Assembly (NCBI RefSeq): GCF_021028975.2
Contig: NC_059439.1
Coordinates: 23,126,001-23,190,000 of the forward strand
DNA length: 64,000 nucleotides
Direction of reading: 5' to 3'
Origin: Sphaerodactylus townsendi
Taxonomy: Eukaryota
Each line of letters starts with the position of its first letter. Position 1 is the first letter of the stretch. Of this stretch, positions 49,539 to 59,923 are shown piece by piece. The position numbers and the translations under genes were made by a program. Below the pieces are notes generated by a model. The model was not told the origin of the DNA and did not search any database. It worked only from the letters and a program-made list of their open reading frames with translations.

Positions 49539-51691
49539 AATTGTTTTATGGTTCTCATACTCTCAGCTTGCTTGCCATATGATCACATTTTCAGCTCCAC
49601 AGCCAAGGGAGAATGTGTTCTCAACATGATACAGTAGCCCTGTTGTATGGATATTCAATTCCAGCCACAAGAAGACTCCTGACATAATTGCCTCCCCTCA
49701 TTATCTTAACCCAAATACTCCTTTCTGTAACTAGCTTCTTCTGACCACCTTCTGACCTCCATCTAGAAACCTCCATGAGGTTGTCCTAACATCAACGAAA
49801 GGTTATCCTGACACCCCCAAAGGTGGATCTTCACCCTATAAATATCGTACTCCTCAAAGGACCAATTGCCTAGTGCCATTGACACCTTTCCATCTTTGTT
49901 ACTGTGCCCAATGCTTTTCCCCTTGGAACCAAGCTCTGGCTGTTTGGCTCTGAACCCTGGATCTTCTTCATGTCACAATCAGGTCTTATTACCCATATAT
50001 CCCATACCCTTTTCTATTCCAATCTATTTTCCAGCTTATCTATATCTTAGGAACTCTGTGTGTGCATGTTTGCTGCATTGGATCAAGTGATTGTAAACCC
50101 CTTATCCCTACAATAAAGATTGTCATATTTGCATTATATTCCTCTCTCTGGATTTTCTTCTACGAGCTGATCTACATATACATTGATATTAAAGATTCCT
50201 TACCCAGCCTCTTGCAACATTAGTAAGCAGTCTGCACTAAGCTAATATTCCCCACTATATTGAGAGACTGTGTCTCCACATTGGGTAACAATGTCAATGG
50301 CTAAGATTAATTTCCAAATTCCATCACAAAGGTATTTTTACACAGTCTTACAAGAGTCATATTACCTTCATGCTATTTAATTATTTGATCCATTCATTCA
50401 TAACATTTTTATTGAGAATATATTCCACTGATCGTGTAGATGAAATAACATTTTTTCTAGGCAGAACTGAATGAAACCAGAAAGTGGTACAATTGCCCTA
50501 CAAACCAATCAGATTGGACACTTTGCACACACGTGATCACAGCCATCAAGCGCTGTATATTATCATGCTGAATGTGGTACAATTTGTGGTATCTCTACTG
50601 AAGACAAATCTTGACCCTTTTCTCATAAATCTCTCAGCTGTGTCATTGTGAAATGGACTAAGATGAGAAATTAGTAATTGATTTAATGTTACAAATGGAA
50701 TTTTTAGAAACCTCTAATCCAATTGATTATTAGGATGGGCCAGCAAGACACAATTTACAAAACTCTGGGATAAGAGTCTTCACATCTGTCTTAGTAGCTG
50801 CTGATAGCCCATTTTTCAACCACCATTCCTTTTCATTGCTCAAAAAGTTTTACCTTCAGTTTCTTTCTGAAGCTGGCATTAGAGGTACAGGGGTAGCAAT
50901 AATTAATAGGTGAGACCCTTTAATAGATTTACAGACCATTTCATTTCACACTAGTTTGGCATTTAACATTTCTCCAAAGAACTGATCAATAATGAAAATC
51001 AGAGAAGGTCCCATAACTCTTCCTGGTTATTATATCCCAGAGGTTCAACCATCACAAATTATTTTTTTTTCACCTAATGAGGTAGTGTCTGTGTGTTTGT
51101 GTTTTGAGGCAGATGTGATCAATATGCAGAGAAGTGACGTCTGACTTTTCTCATCTTGCAATTTAATGAAAACATTGCATTCTGCTGAGCCTTGACCTTG
51201 TTAAAAAAAAATTAAGTGACTGAAAGAAGAATGCACCTTTTCCGGGTATGATCTGTAGTGGCAATTAATTACTTTTTCAAAGTTGCTTTTTCATATGGGG
51301 CATTTCTATGTGCTTAGTCAGTGATCACTGTCATACACATCCATCATTATCAGACATATGTCTCTTACATGCAGTCCTGGATTTTTTTTTCTCTTCATAG
51401 TTTCAGTCCAGTCAAGAAGGATTCATGACCTGGACAGTGTTTATAGGGTTCAATAATACCAGTTTCTCTGCTAGCAAAAAAAAAAATACCAACTCACTCC
51501 CTGTTTCGTAATGTCAAGTCCCTCTTCAAACAGGTCTTTAACTTCAACCTTCCTAATGATTACATTAATGGTTACGGGAATCTGGGTATCTTCTGTTGCA
51601 AATACATTTCCTACCTCGATAATGACACTTTTCTTTCTGAAAATCCAGTCCTAAGAGAGCTGTTGGAGGTCTTTCTTCACCAGAATACCTC

Positions 51692-52165
51692 GACTCGGGA
51701 CCGCATTACCCCATATGTCCCGAGTTGACCTCTGCATTCTGCAGAGGCCAATTTACTGGAGATCCCTGGCCCCTCAATGACGCGGCTGGCCTCCACTCGG
51801 GCCAGGGCCTTTACAGCTCTGGCCCCTGCCTGGTGGAACACTCTACCACTAGCTATTTGGGCCCTGTGGGACCTTGGAGAGTTCCACAGGGCCTGTAAGA
51901 CCGAGTTGTTCCACCGGGCCTTTGGAGAGACCAGCCGCTGAGGATGCCCCACCCCCCACCCCTTGCTCTACAGGGGTCCCTAACATCATCGGGACCCATT
52001 ATTTTCTCTTGGGAGGGTTGCATATGGGTTTGTGGGATACTGTTTTAGAATGTAGTTGTTTTAACTATATGTATGTTTTTATCTATGATATTGCACTGTT
52101 CACCACCCTGAGCCCTTTGGGGATAGGGCAGTATATTAAATCAAATAATAAAATAAATAAATAAA
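51692..52165 (+). mobile_element. L2-clade LINE 3' fragment with (TAAA)n tail
   Basis: ATTACCCCATATGTCCC..GCCTGGTGGAAC; absent at the paralogous site ~46032; no TSD. Confidence 0.85.
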
Positions 52166-52994
52166 ATATACTGAGGAACTCTGTTTTGTCTCCTGGGCTT
52201 TAGATATCCCAAGAATCACATTGGCACAAAAGCATTTCTCTACCCTAATGAGATCCTGAGGGTTTTATAAGAGCAAAGCTAATAAATAAACACCCATAAT
52301 TTAAAGAGAAATGACAACAGTTGCCTCAACAATCCGAAGCTGAAGACCCAACTTGGCTGGGGATCTGTGAATTTTCATAACTTGACTGAAAGGAGAATAA
52401 AACCTATCCAGGTATTATCTGTAGCTGAAAATAAGTTTTTCTTGATTTTTTTTTCATTCTCCACGGTACTTTTGTATATTTTCAGTTTGCAACTACAATT
52501 ATTCTGAACGATATAACGCCTGTACTTGGTCCTATTCTACCTCTTCCATTATAACAATGTTGGAGGAGGAATTATGAGTTAAGCATAAGCAATACCATAC
52601 GCAGGATGGAAGAAGACATAGTATGGAATACATTAGCAAAGCATCACATCTAATTCTTTTTGAAGTTCTTGGATAGTGCCAAAGAACTATTCAGCTCTTC
52701 TATATTTAATGGCATGAGCTATTAGCAGATGAAGACATTTATCATTGTGAAGATGTGTACCTCGTCAAACAACACAAAATGAGTTTCTATATAATTCCTG
52801 ATTGGTTCTAGTTTTGAACAGGTTTTATATATATATTCTCATTAAGGAAATAATTCCTACCAACACCTAACAATCGTATAGGAACTAGCCCAAAGGATTC
52901 ACAATCATCATAACATGTTCTCTTTTAAAAACCAACCAGTGAAATACGGAGACAGTGACCAAGGGATTTGTTTTTGTTGTCTATCTGCAGAGTG

Positions 52995-53975
52995 ATGAAG
53001 AACCAGAAAGAAGTGCATGAGTTCATTCTTCTGGGACTGACAAAAGACCACCAACTCATTCTCTTCATACTTTTCCTCCTGCTCTATGTGACCAGTTTGG
53101 TGGGAAATGGAGTCATTTTGGCTGTAACGCTGGCTGAGCCTCGGCTTCATACTCCCATGTATTTTTTCCTAGGCCATCTCTCCTTCCTAGACATATTTTA
53201 TGCCACTGTTACTGTGCCAAAAATGTTGAATGGCTTCCTAATAGTGAACCAAACAATTTCTTCTCTTGAGTGTCTCACTCAACTGCACTTCTTCAACTTC
53301 CTGGGAAGTAGCGAAGCCCTGCTTCTGGGTGTCATGGCTTTTGACCGGTCCGTGGCCATATGCAACCCTCTTCGTTACACCGTCATCATGAATAAAAGGG
53401 TTTGCTTCCTGCTAGCTGGGGCTACTTGGTGCATTGGGTTCTTTCATGCTCTGATGCACACAGTGGTGACTTCACAGCTATGGTTTTGCGGTCCCAATCG
53501 TGTCCACCACTTTTTCTGTGACATCAAACCTTTGCTAGAATTGGCCTGTAGTAGCATCACCCTCAATCTCACCCTTCTTAATGTTGTCACTGGCTCTATG
53601 AGCCTGGGTACCTTCTTCCTCACTCTTCTCTCCTATATCTACATTGTCTCCTTTCTCTTTTTTAAAGTCAAGTCTTCACAAAGCCGTTGGAAAGCTTTCT
53701 CCACCTGTGCTTCCCACTTGACAGTCGTGACTGTCTTCTACATCCCTATTCTTTCCAACTACATGCTTGCCTCTGCTGATGGATCTTCTGAAAGAGAGAT
53801 GATCATTACTCTGTTGTACAGTGTAGTCACCCCAGTTTTAAACCCTCTAATCTACACTCTGAGGAATCAGGAGGTAAAATCAGCCCTCAAGAAGATTCTA
53901 AGCAGAAAACTCTCATTTGGACAGGTATGGATGAATAACTCTCAGCGTACTGAACGAACTCATATCGGTAGGTAA
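52995..53975 (+). CDS. Olfactory receptor, OR12D-like (OR-7), 326 aa, long C-tail
   Basis: Intact ORF; MAFDRSVAICNPL; CAG where OR-5/6 have TAG. Confidence 0.94.
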   Translation: MKNQKEVHEFILLGLTKDHQLILFILFLLLYVTSLVGNGVILAVTLAEPRLHTPMYFFLGHLSFLDIFYATVTVPKMLNGFLIVNQTISSLECLTQLHFFNFLGSSEALLLGVMAFDRSVAICNPLRYTVIMNKRVCFLLAGATWCIGFFHALMHTVVTSQLWFCGPNRVHHFFCDIKPLLELACSSITLNLTLLNVVTGSMSLGTFFLTLLSYIYIVSFLFFKVKSSQSRWKAFSTCASHLTVVTVFYIPILSNYMLASADGSSEREMIITLLYSVVTPVLNPLIYTLRNQEVKSALKKILSRKLSFGQVWMNNSQRTERTHIGR

Positions 53976-54165
53976 ATAAAAACAGCTCCTGAAATGGTTG
54001 CATTTTTTCATGATGAGTGATTTGCAGCTAGGAATTGCCATTATCCAATTGTTTGTATTATAGGGGGAAGTTGTGAATAGCCACATCTTTAACAGGTGGA
54101 AAGGTTTACCCCCAGAAACGCGTTTCAAAATTGTAGTACCAGTCCAATTCAGAGAGGCCAGCATC

Positions 54166-54536
54166 TGTTGAAAAGCTATTAAAAGGGTTGAGGACCAAGT
54201 CATGGACTTTTGACTGAGTTGCTTATTCCTCTGGCTGAGATCTTGACAACCTCTTCCAGTGCAGTGAAAGTGATGACCCTGTTTTTCCACTGACCGTCTT
54301 GTGGTGGGCATAGAAAAAAACTAGTAACTTGATCCAGAGATGCGGAGAGCAAAAGCTAGTCTCTGCTCAAAGGTGCAGAAAGCTGGACAGCTGTATAAAC
54401 TAAAATGGAAGCAGGCTGGCAACAGCCCAATCTATTGTTTACATGCTAAGTTCAAGCAGTCATGTTGAACTCCACAACACCATGAATTACAACAGTCTCT
54501 AAACTCTGTAATGTTTGTCTTTTAGTGGTTTCAACA
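54166..54536. mobile_element. Candidate solo LTR
   Basis: TGTTGAAA...TTTCAACA termini; flanks GCATC/GCAAG match only 3/5. Confidence 0.35.
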
Positions 54537-54849
54537 GCAAGCGTTTGCCAATATACTTTTTACTGTACTTTTACCTTGATCAATAAAAATAGATTTCATC
54601 CATATAAACTGGTAGTGTAAACTGGTTATTTGTTTCAAGAACTCTATGATCTCCAGAGGCTCATGGATGTTATCCCCACATGGACAATCCCCCCGATGAC
54701 AATCATAGCATTTCAGTAAAAAGGCATTTCGTTAAAAGGGTTTCTAGGCAGCAAAGAAATCCAGGATTCACCCAGCAATTTATAGCTTGCTTGTCAACAT
54801 ACGAAGTTCCCCTTTGTACAGCGTATTCAGTTCAATTATCGCATTGGAC

Positions 54850-55158
54850 AAGTAGAAGAAGAAAAAGAGTGGATTCATAACCCTTTTTCTTTCTCATAAG
54901 GAGACTTAAAAGGCCTTACAAAGTCATTTCCCTTCCTCTCCCCACAACAGACACCTTGTGAGATACATGGGGCTGAGAAAATACAGAAGAACTGTGACTA
55001 GCCCAAGGTCACCCAACAGGCTTCATGTGACAGAGTAGGGAAACAAACCCAGTGCTTCATATTAGAGTCCGCCGCTCATGTAGAAGAGTGGGGAATCAAA
55101 CCTGGTTCTCCAGATTAGAGTCCACCGCTCTTAACCAGTACGCTACACCACGCTGGCC
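54850..55158 (-). mobile_element. Squam3-like SINE
   Basis: Reverse-complement head TTCTCCAGATTAGAGTCCACCGCTCTTAACC; AGA tail; ends approximate. Confidence 0.75.
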
Positions 55159-55810
55159 TCATCAAGGTATGAACTGGGATCTAAATATTCTGGGATATGT
55201 TAATCTGTTCATAAAAGATTTGAAAAATGTTGAGTGGCTGTTTTTCCCCCTTTTTTCTTCTTAAAAGAAACAAAATGGTAAAAATTTAGATTGAGCAGGA
55301 CATTTTCTGTTCCTATGTGTTTCACTGTAATCTGAATTCTCTGGGAATTCCCTTGTGTGTTAGACTAGAAAAACTTCAGAGATCTGCAAAATCCTTTTCT
55401 GTGTGTCTGACACCTTTAGTTTAGCTTTTCTAGCAATTGGCAGAAACTTTGAGATATAGGCTTATATCCTGTACAATGGTGATTGAACTATGGATTTTCT
55501 GGCATTTCCCTTGTAATACACTTGTCATACACTTGACCTAAAACAAATGTTTCTGGGCTCTGGACCTGTCATGGATTTACAGCACCCACAAAATTATTCT
55601 GCTGACAACTCCCCACCCATCAAGGGGAGGCTGACATTGTTCAGACTGTTGGCAGTTGCTGATAGTTGCTCTGGCTGAGGAGAATCTGGTAGACTAGAAA
55701 AAGATCAGGGCTTTTAGGATAGCAGAGTTAGTGAGCCCTATACTGGTTATTTCTCTTGTGTTTTGGTCACATTTATATGTGTTTTGCCTGAGCGGGAAAT
55801 TGATTACAAA

Positions 55811-55961
55811 GGTCCCCTCCCCACATGTAGAATAATGCACTTTCAATCCACTTTCACGATTGTTTGCAAATGCAGTTTGCTATTCTGCACAGTAAAATCC
55901 AGCTGCAAAGTGCATTGAAAGTGAATTGAAATTGCATTAGTCTGCATGTGCAGAAGGGGCC
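55811..55961. mobile_element. PIF/Harbinger-like 151-bp MITE (family 1 variant)
   Basis: Homologous to 30845-30995; ends GCAGAAGGGGCC. Confidence 0.78.
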
Positions 55962-56860
55962 GATGTTTTTCACTGAAATGTCTGTCTGAATAAAACCTGC
56001 CTTATTTGGTGGTGGTGGTGGTGGGTTTTTTTTAAAGTTAACTTTGTGAAAAGAATACCTTTAACTGTCTCAAGCCATCCATAATCTTGGCTATGCAGAT
56101 ATAAAAAGGAGAGTGGAGTTTTTTTCTCACTTATGTGGGGAGAGGGGTAGTCTCAGCTGTGAGGCAGCCTCTCTCTCTTTTTTTATCCAGAAATGTTCTG
56201 GTCCCCTTCTGGGAAACATAAATGGGTTCCTGCTGGTGGCAGCTGTCTGCATTGAAGAAAACAAGGGTGGACTAAGACTAGCTGTTTTGGGGGGCAAACA
56301 TTTGGTTCCAAAGCAGAGATTGACCAATCCATGATGATCAATGGAGCTGGGTTGATGGAAGTAGAGACCTAAGGATGATTTGTTTACTCATTTATCTCCT
56401 TGTTCAGCTCCCAGACTACATGGATATCAATCCCCACAGGTCTTGTGATTCCAAAGACAATCCTTTTGGGAGCTGAAAAGATCTTCATGAGAGAGGAGAA
56501 TTCAAGGGGTGGGAGTGGGAATCAGTGTCCCTTCATAGGATAAAAGCCAGAATAGAAAGTTCTGATTTAAGAACAAGGGGTTGGGTCTGATAAAACATGT
56601 ATTTCCCACCAGAATAAAGCATCTTGCCCTGGATAATAGCAACAGTATTGGGGAATGAATCACTCGAAACCTACACACATAGACTGGTCAACTTGTATTG
56701 TGGGGCCAAGTTGTGGATTTGTTCCCATTCCTTTTCTGAGCACAACATTTTCTGTAAAAGGAAATCACATCACGATGGACCCCCAAGGGGATTTTAAAAT
56801 AGTGAACTGGTTCAATTTAGTGATGCTTTCAGTGTCATTGTAGAAATTGCATCAAGTCAC

Positions 56861-57366
56861 TGTTGGCCTAGTGCACAGCGGAAGGACTAGGTGCCAACTC
56901 ACCCTTGCTAGAACAGGAGGTAACTGCTTGCAGTATAAGAAAAAGAAACACTCAGACAGTAGATTTAGTTCCAACAGGAATACTTTATCTCTTGTTTCTG
57001 AAAGGAACAAAAATAACAATAACTATCCACTCTCTACTCTGACAACAATCTGAGCCCGAACCTGAAGGTGAAGGAGAGGTACTGAATTGGGTATGCAGTC
57101 TTCTTATATAGTTTTGTCCAGCAAATCATTAGCTAGATGATCTAATCATCCTGGCCTGTGACCTTTTCACTTCTGCTGACTGTTACATGCCAATCACTGC
57201 AGACCCAGACAGAGAGGCTCCGACCTTTACAATTCTGCTGACTGTTACATGCCAATCACTGCAGACCCAGACAGAGAGGCTCCGACCTTTACAATTCTGC
57301 TGACTGTTACATTCCAGTCATTCTAGACCAGCATATGACCACCTTGCAATTTTCAATATCCTGACA
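56861..57366 (-). mobile_element. Solo LTR containing a 62-bp tandem repeat
   Basis: TG...CA termini; perfect 5-bp TSD GTCAC (56856-56860, 57367-57371); minus-strand TATATAAG. Confidence 0.75.
57171..57312. repeat. 62-bp tandem repeat x2.3
   Basis: TTCTGCTGACTGTTACAT... starts at 57171, 57233, 57295; first two units identical. Confidence 0.95.
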
Positions 57367-57371
57367 GTCAC

Positions 57372-57555
57372 AGTCCACTTGTGGTACCCTGCAGGGTTTT
57401 CAAAGCAACAGACAAACAGAGGTTTGCCATCACGTGCCTCTGCTTAACACCCCTGGACTTCCTTGATGGTCTCCCATTCAAGCACTGAACAAGGCTGACC
57501 CTGCTTAGATTCCACAGTCTGATGAGACTCGGCTTGCCTAGTCATCCAGCTCAGT
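57372..57555 (-). mobile_element. 5S-Sauria-like SINE (interrupted by the solo LTR)
   Basis: Reverse-complement 5S-like head GGTCTCCCATTCAAGCACTGAAC..CCCTGCTTAG; ends approximate. Confidence 0.6.
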
Positions 57556-57949
57556 GCACTTCTTAATGTAAGACAGCCCACATGCTAAACTTGCAAACTG
57601 CATTTTGTGGCTTGAATTCATCTACCTGTCAGAAGACATTGCCAGAAGATCAACAGAATAGACCAATGGACACAGATCTTCTCCACTTTCACCTTTCCCA
57701 ACCTGCACTGTCTTCTAACCTTGGGAAATTGATTGCCCTCTCTGCCTCATTTTTTGTTGAATTGTAGGATTAGATACACTACGGGGACCGTTTGTGTCCT
57801 CAGTTTTATCTAAGAGTACATACTGACCCATGTGCTTCCCTAAACCTGAGAAATTGAGCCATGTTCCTACTTATGTTTGACAAGTATACGGCTGAATTTG
57901 ACTTTGAAGCCTACTGGCTTTTTTGACTAGCAGTAGCTAGCAAATCTAG

Positions 57950-58090
57950 GGCTCATTCCGCACATGCAGAATAATGCACTTTCAAACTGCTTTCAGTGCT
58001 CTTTGAAGCTGTGCAGAATGGCAAAATCCACTTGCAAACAGTTGTGAAAGTGGTTTGAAAACGCATTATTTTGCATGAGCGGAAGGGGCC
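57950..58090. mobile_element. PIF/Harbinger-like 141-bp MITE (family 1), reverse orientation
   Basis: TAG|GGCTCATTCCGCAC...GCGGAAGGGGCC|TAG. Confidence 0.88.
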
Positions 58091-58291
58091 TAGAGGTCTT
58101 TCACATCTGAATGTACTGAGTCATCCTTTTTGCCTCCATTTTAATGTTAGTTCTCCATATTTAATGGCATAACATTAGTCACCAAAGAGTGGTTCAAAAA
58201 CCGTTTACCAAAATGGAATGAAACCATGTTGGATTTAGAAGAGTGGGTTTTTATACCCTGCTTTTCTCTACCTTTAATGTGTCTCAAGGTA

Positions 58292-58520
58292 TGTATTGTC
58301 GAAGGCTTTCACGGCCGGAATCACTTGGGTGCTGTGTGGTTTCCGGGCTGTATGGCCGTGTTCTAGCAGCATTCTCTCCTGACGTTTCGCCTGCATCTGT
58401 GGCTGGCATCCCCTGAAGATGCCAGATCCTCTGAAGATGCCAGCCACAGATGCAGGCGAAACGTCAGGAGAGAATGCTGCTAGAACACGGCCATACAGCC
58501 CGGAAACCACACAGCACCCA
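58292..58520. mobile_element. Penelope-like element pseudo-LTR, inverted insertion
   Basis: 12-bp TSD TGTCTCAAGGTA (58280-58291, 58521-58532); ~83-bp perfect inverted arms; reptile Penelope terminus ..CCGTGAAAGCCTTCGACAATACA on the minus strand. Confidence 0.85.
58427..58469 (+). ncRNA. Minimal type I hammerhead ribozyme motif (Penelope-associated)
   Basis: UCCU-CUGAAGA-U-GCCAGC(CACAGAU)GCAGGC-GAAA-CGUC^AGGA: intact CUGANGA and GAAA cores, stem I UCCU/AGGA, palindromic ACGU helix III. Confidence 0.75.
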
Positions 58521-58852
58521 TGTCTCAAGGTAGCTTACAATTGCCTTCCTTTCCCCCCTCACAGGCACTTTGTGGGACAAGTAGGAAAGTTCTGAGAGAT
58601 CTGTAACTAGCCAAGGTCATCCAGCAGACTTCATGTGGAGGAGTGGGGAAAACAAACCCAGTTCACCAGATTAGAGTCGACCACTCTTAACCACTACACA
58701 ATTTAGGCTGATAACATTTGAAGTCACCCTTTGTAATCTGGATGTTTCCCAATGGTAATGATGCATGACGTTTCTTCTGCCTTGCATAGTTTTAGTGTTC
58801 CTTCTTCTGATACAGAAGTGATCTGATCACCTTTTATTTTCCAATGTCAGCA

Positions 58853-59797
58853 ATGGAGAACCAAACAGAGGTGAGTGAATTCATCTTGACGGGCCTGAGT
58901 TTAAGAAGACACTGGGAGCTTCAGAAGACACTGTTCACTTTCTTTTTACTATTGTACTTCGTCATTCTGTTGGGGAATGGCGCCATTGTGGCTGTAGTAA
59001 TAGCTGAACCTCAGCTACACACTCCTATGTATTTTTTCCTTGGGAATCTTTCCTGCCTGGACATCTTCTATTCCACAGTAACTGTTCCAAAGATGCTAGC
59101 TGGCTTTCTATCAGAGCTGCAGACCATTTCCTTTGGGGGTTGCATGGCTCAGCTTCATTTTTTCCACTTCTTGGGCAGCAGTGAGGTCATCCTTCTTGGG
59201 TTCATGGCATATGATCGCTATGTAGCTATATGCAACCCCTTGCGGTACACCATTATTATGAGGAAGCAGGTCTGTCGGGTTTTGGCAGCAACTACATGGA
59301 CCACTGGTTTTTCCCATGCCCTGATGCACACAGTGATGACTTCCCATCTTCTCTTCTGTGGGCCAAACCGTGTGGAGCACTTCTTCTGTGATATCAAACC
59401 ACTGCTGAAACTGGCCTGTAGCAGCACTCATCTCAACCTCATGCTGCTCAATACTGTCACCAGCTGCATTGCTATGGGACCTTTTGTAGTCACACTGCTC
59501 TCTTATCTCTACATTATCCATTTCCTCCTTTTCAAAGTTCATTCACAAAAGAATAGGCAAAAAGCCTTCTCGACCTGCATGTCCCACCTGATGGTGGTGG
59601 CTTTGCTCTATGTGCCAGTGTTGGTCAACTACATGCTTCCATCTGTGGGCACTGAGGCTCAAAGGGAAATGATGGTAACTATCATATACAGTGCCGTTAC
59701 CCCAGCTCTGAACCCACTTATCTACACACTGAGGAATCAGGAGGTGAAAAAGGCCTTACAAAAGATTCTAAGGAGAAAGATCTTCAATGAAAGGTAG
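58853..59797 (+). CDS. Olfactory receptor, OR12D-like (OR-8), 314 aa
   Basis: Intact ORF; MAYDRYVAICNPL, KAFSTCMSHL, NPLIYTLRN. Confidence 0.96.
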   Translation: MENQTEVSEFILTGLSLRRHWELQKTLFTFFLLLYFVILLGNGAIVAVVIAEPQLHTPMYFFLGNLSCLDIFYSTVTVPKMLAGFLSELQTISFGGCMAQLHFFHFLGSSEVILLGFMAYDRYVAICNPLRYTIIMRKQVCRVLAATTWTTGFSHALMHTVMTSHLLFCGPNRVEHFFCDIKPLLKLACSSTHLNLMLLNTVTSCIAMGPFVVTLLSYLYIIHFLLFKVHSQKNRQKAFSTCMSHLMVVALLYVPVLVNYMLPSVGTEAQREMMVTIIYSAVTPALNPLIYTLRNQEVKKALQKILRRKIFNER

Positions 59798-59923
59798 CGA
59801 TTAAAGGATTTTCATTGGAATCTTCACATGTAGTCACTGGAGAAAGAACTACAAATTCCCCTATAATTTATATTATACAAAGAAAACAAGGAGGTGTGTG
59901 TGTGTGTATAAATTGTCATTATG

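Larger units (their letters stand above)
48283..54089 (+). repeat. Tandem segmental repeat unit C
   Basis: Collinear with A and B; homology ends at CCACATCTT ~54089. Confidence 0.88.
58236..58700 (-). mobile_element. Squam3-like SINE interrupted by a Penelope insertion
   Basis: SINE tail at ~58236-58290 resumes at 58533; ends approximate. Confidence 0.65.

Noticed and set aside
57171-57312. CRISPR-like array
   Set aside because: Contiguous tandem units without unique spacers, in vertebrate DNA
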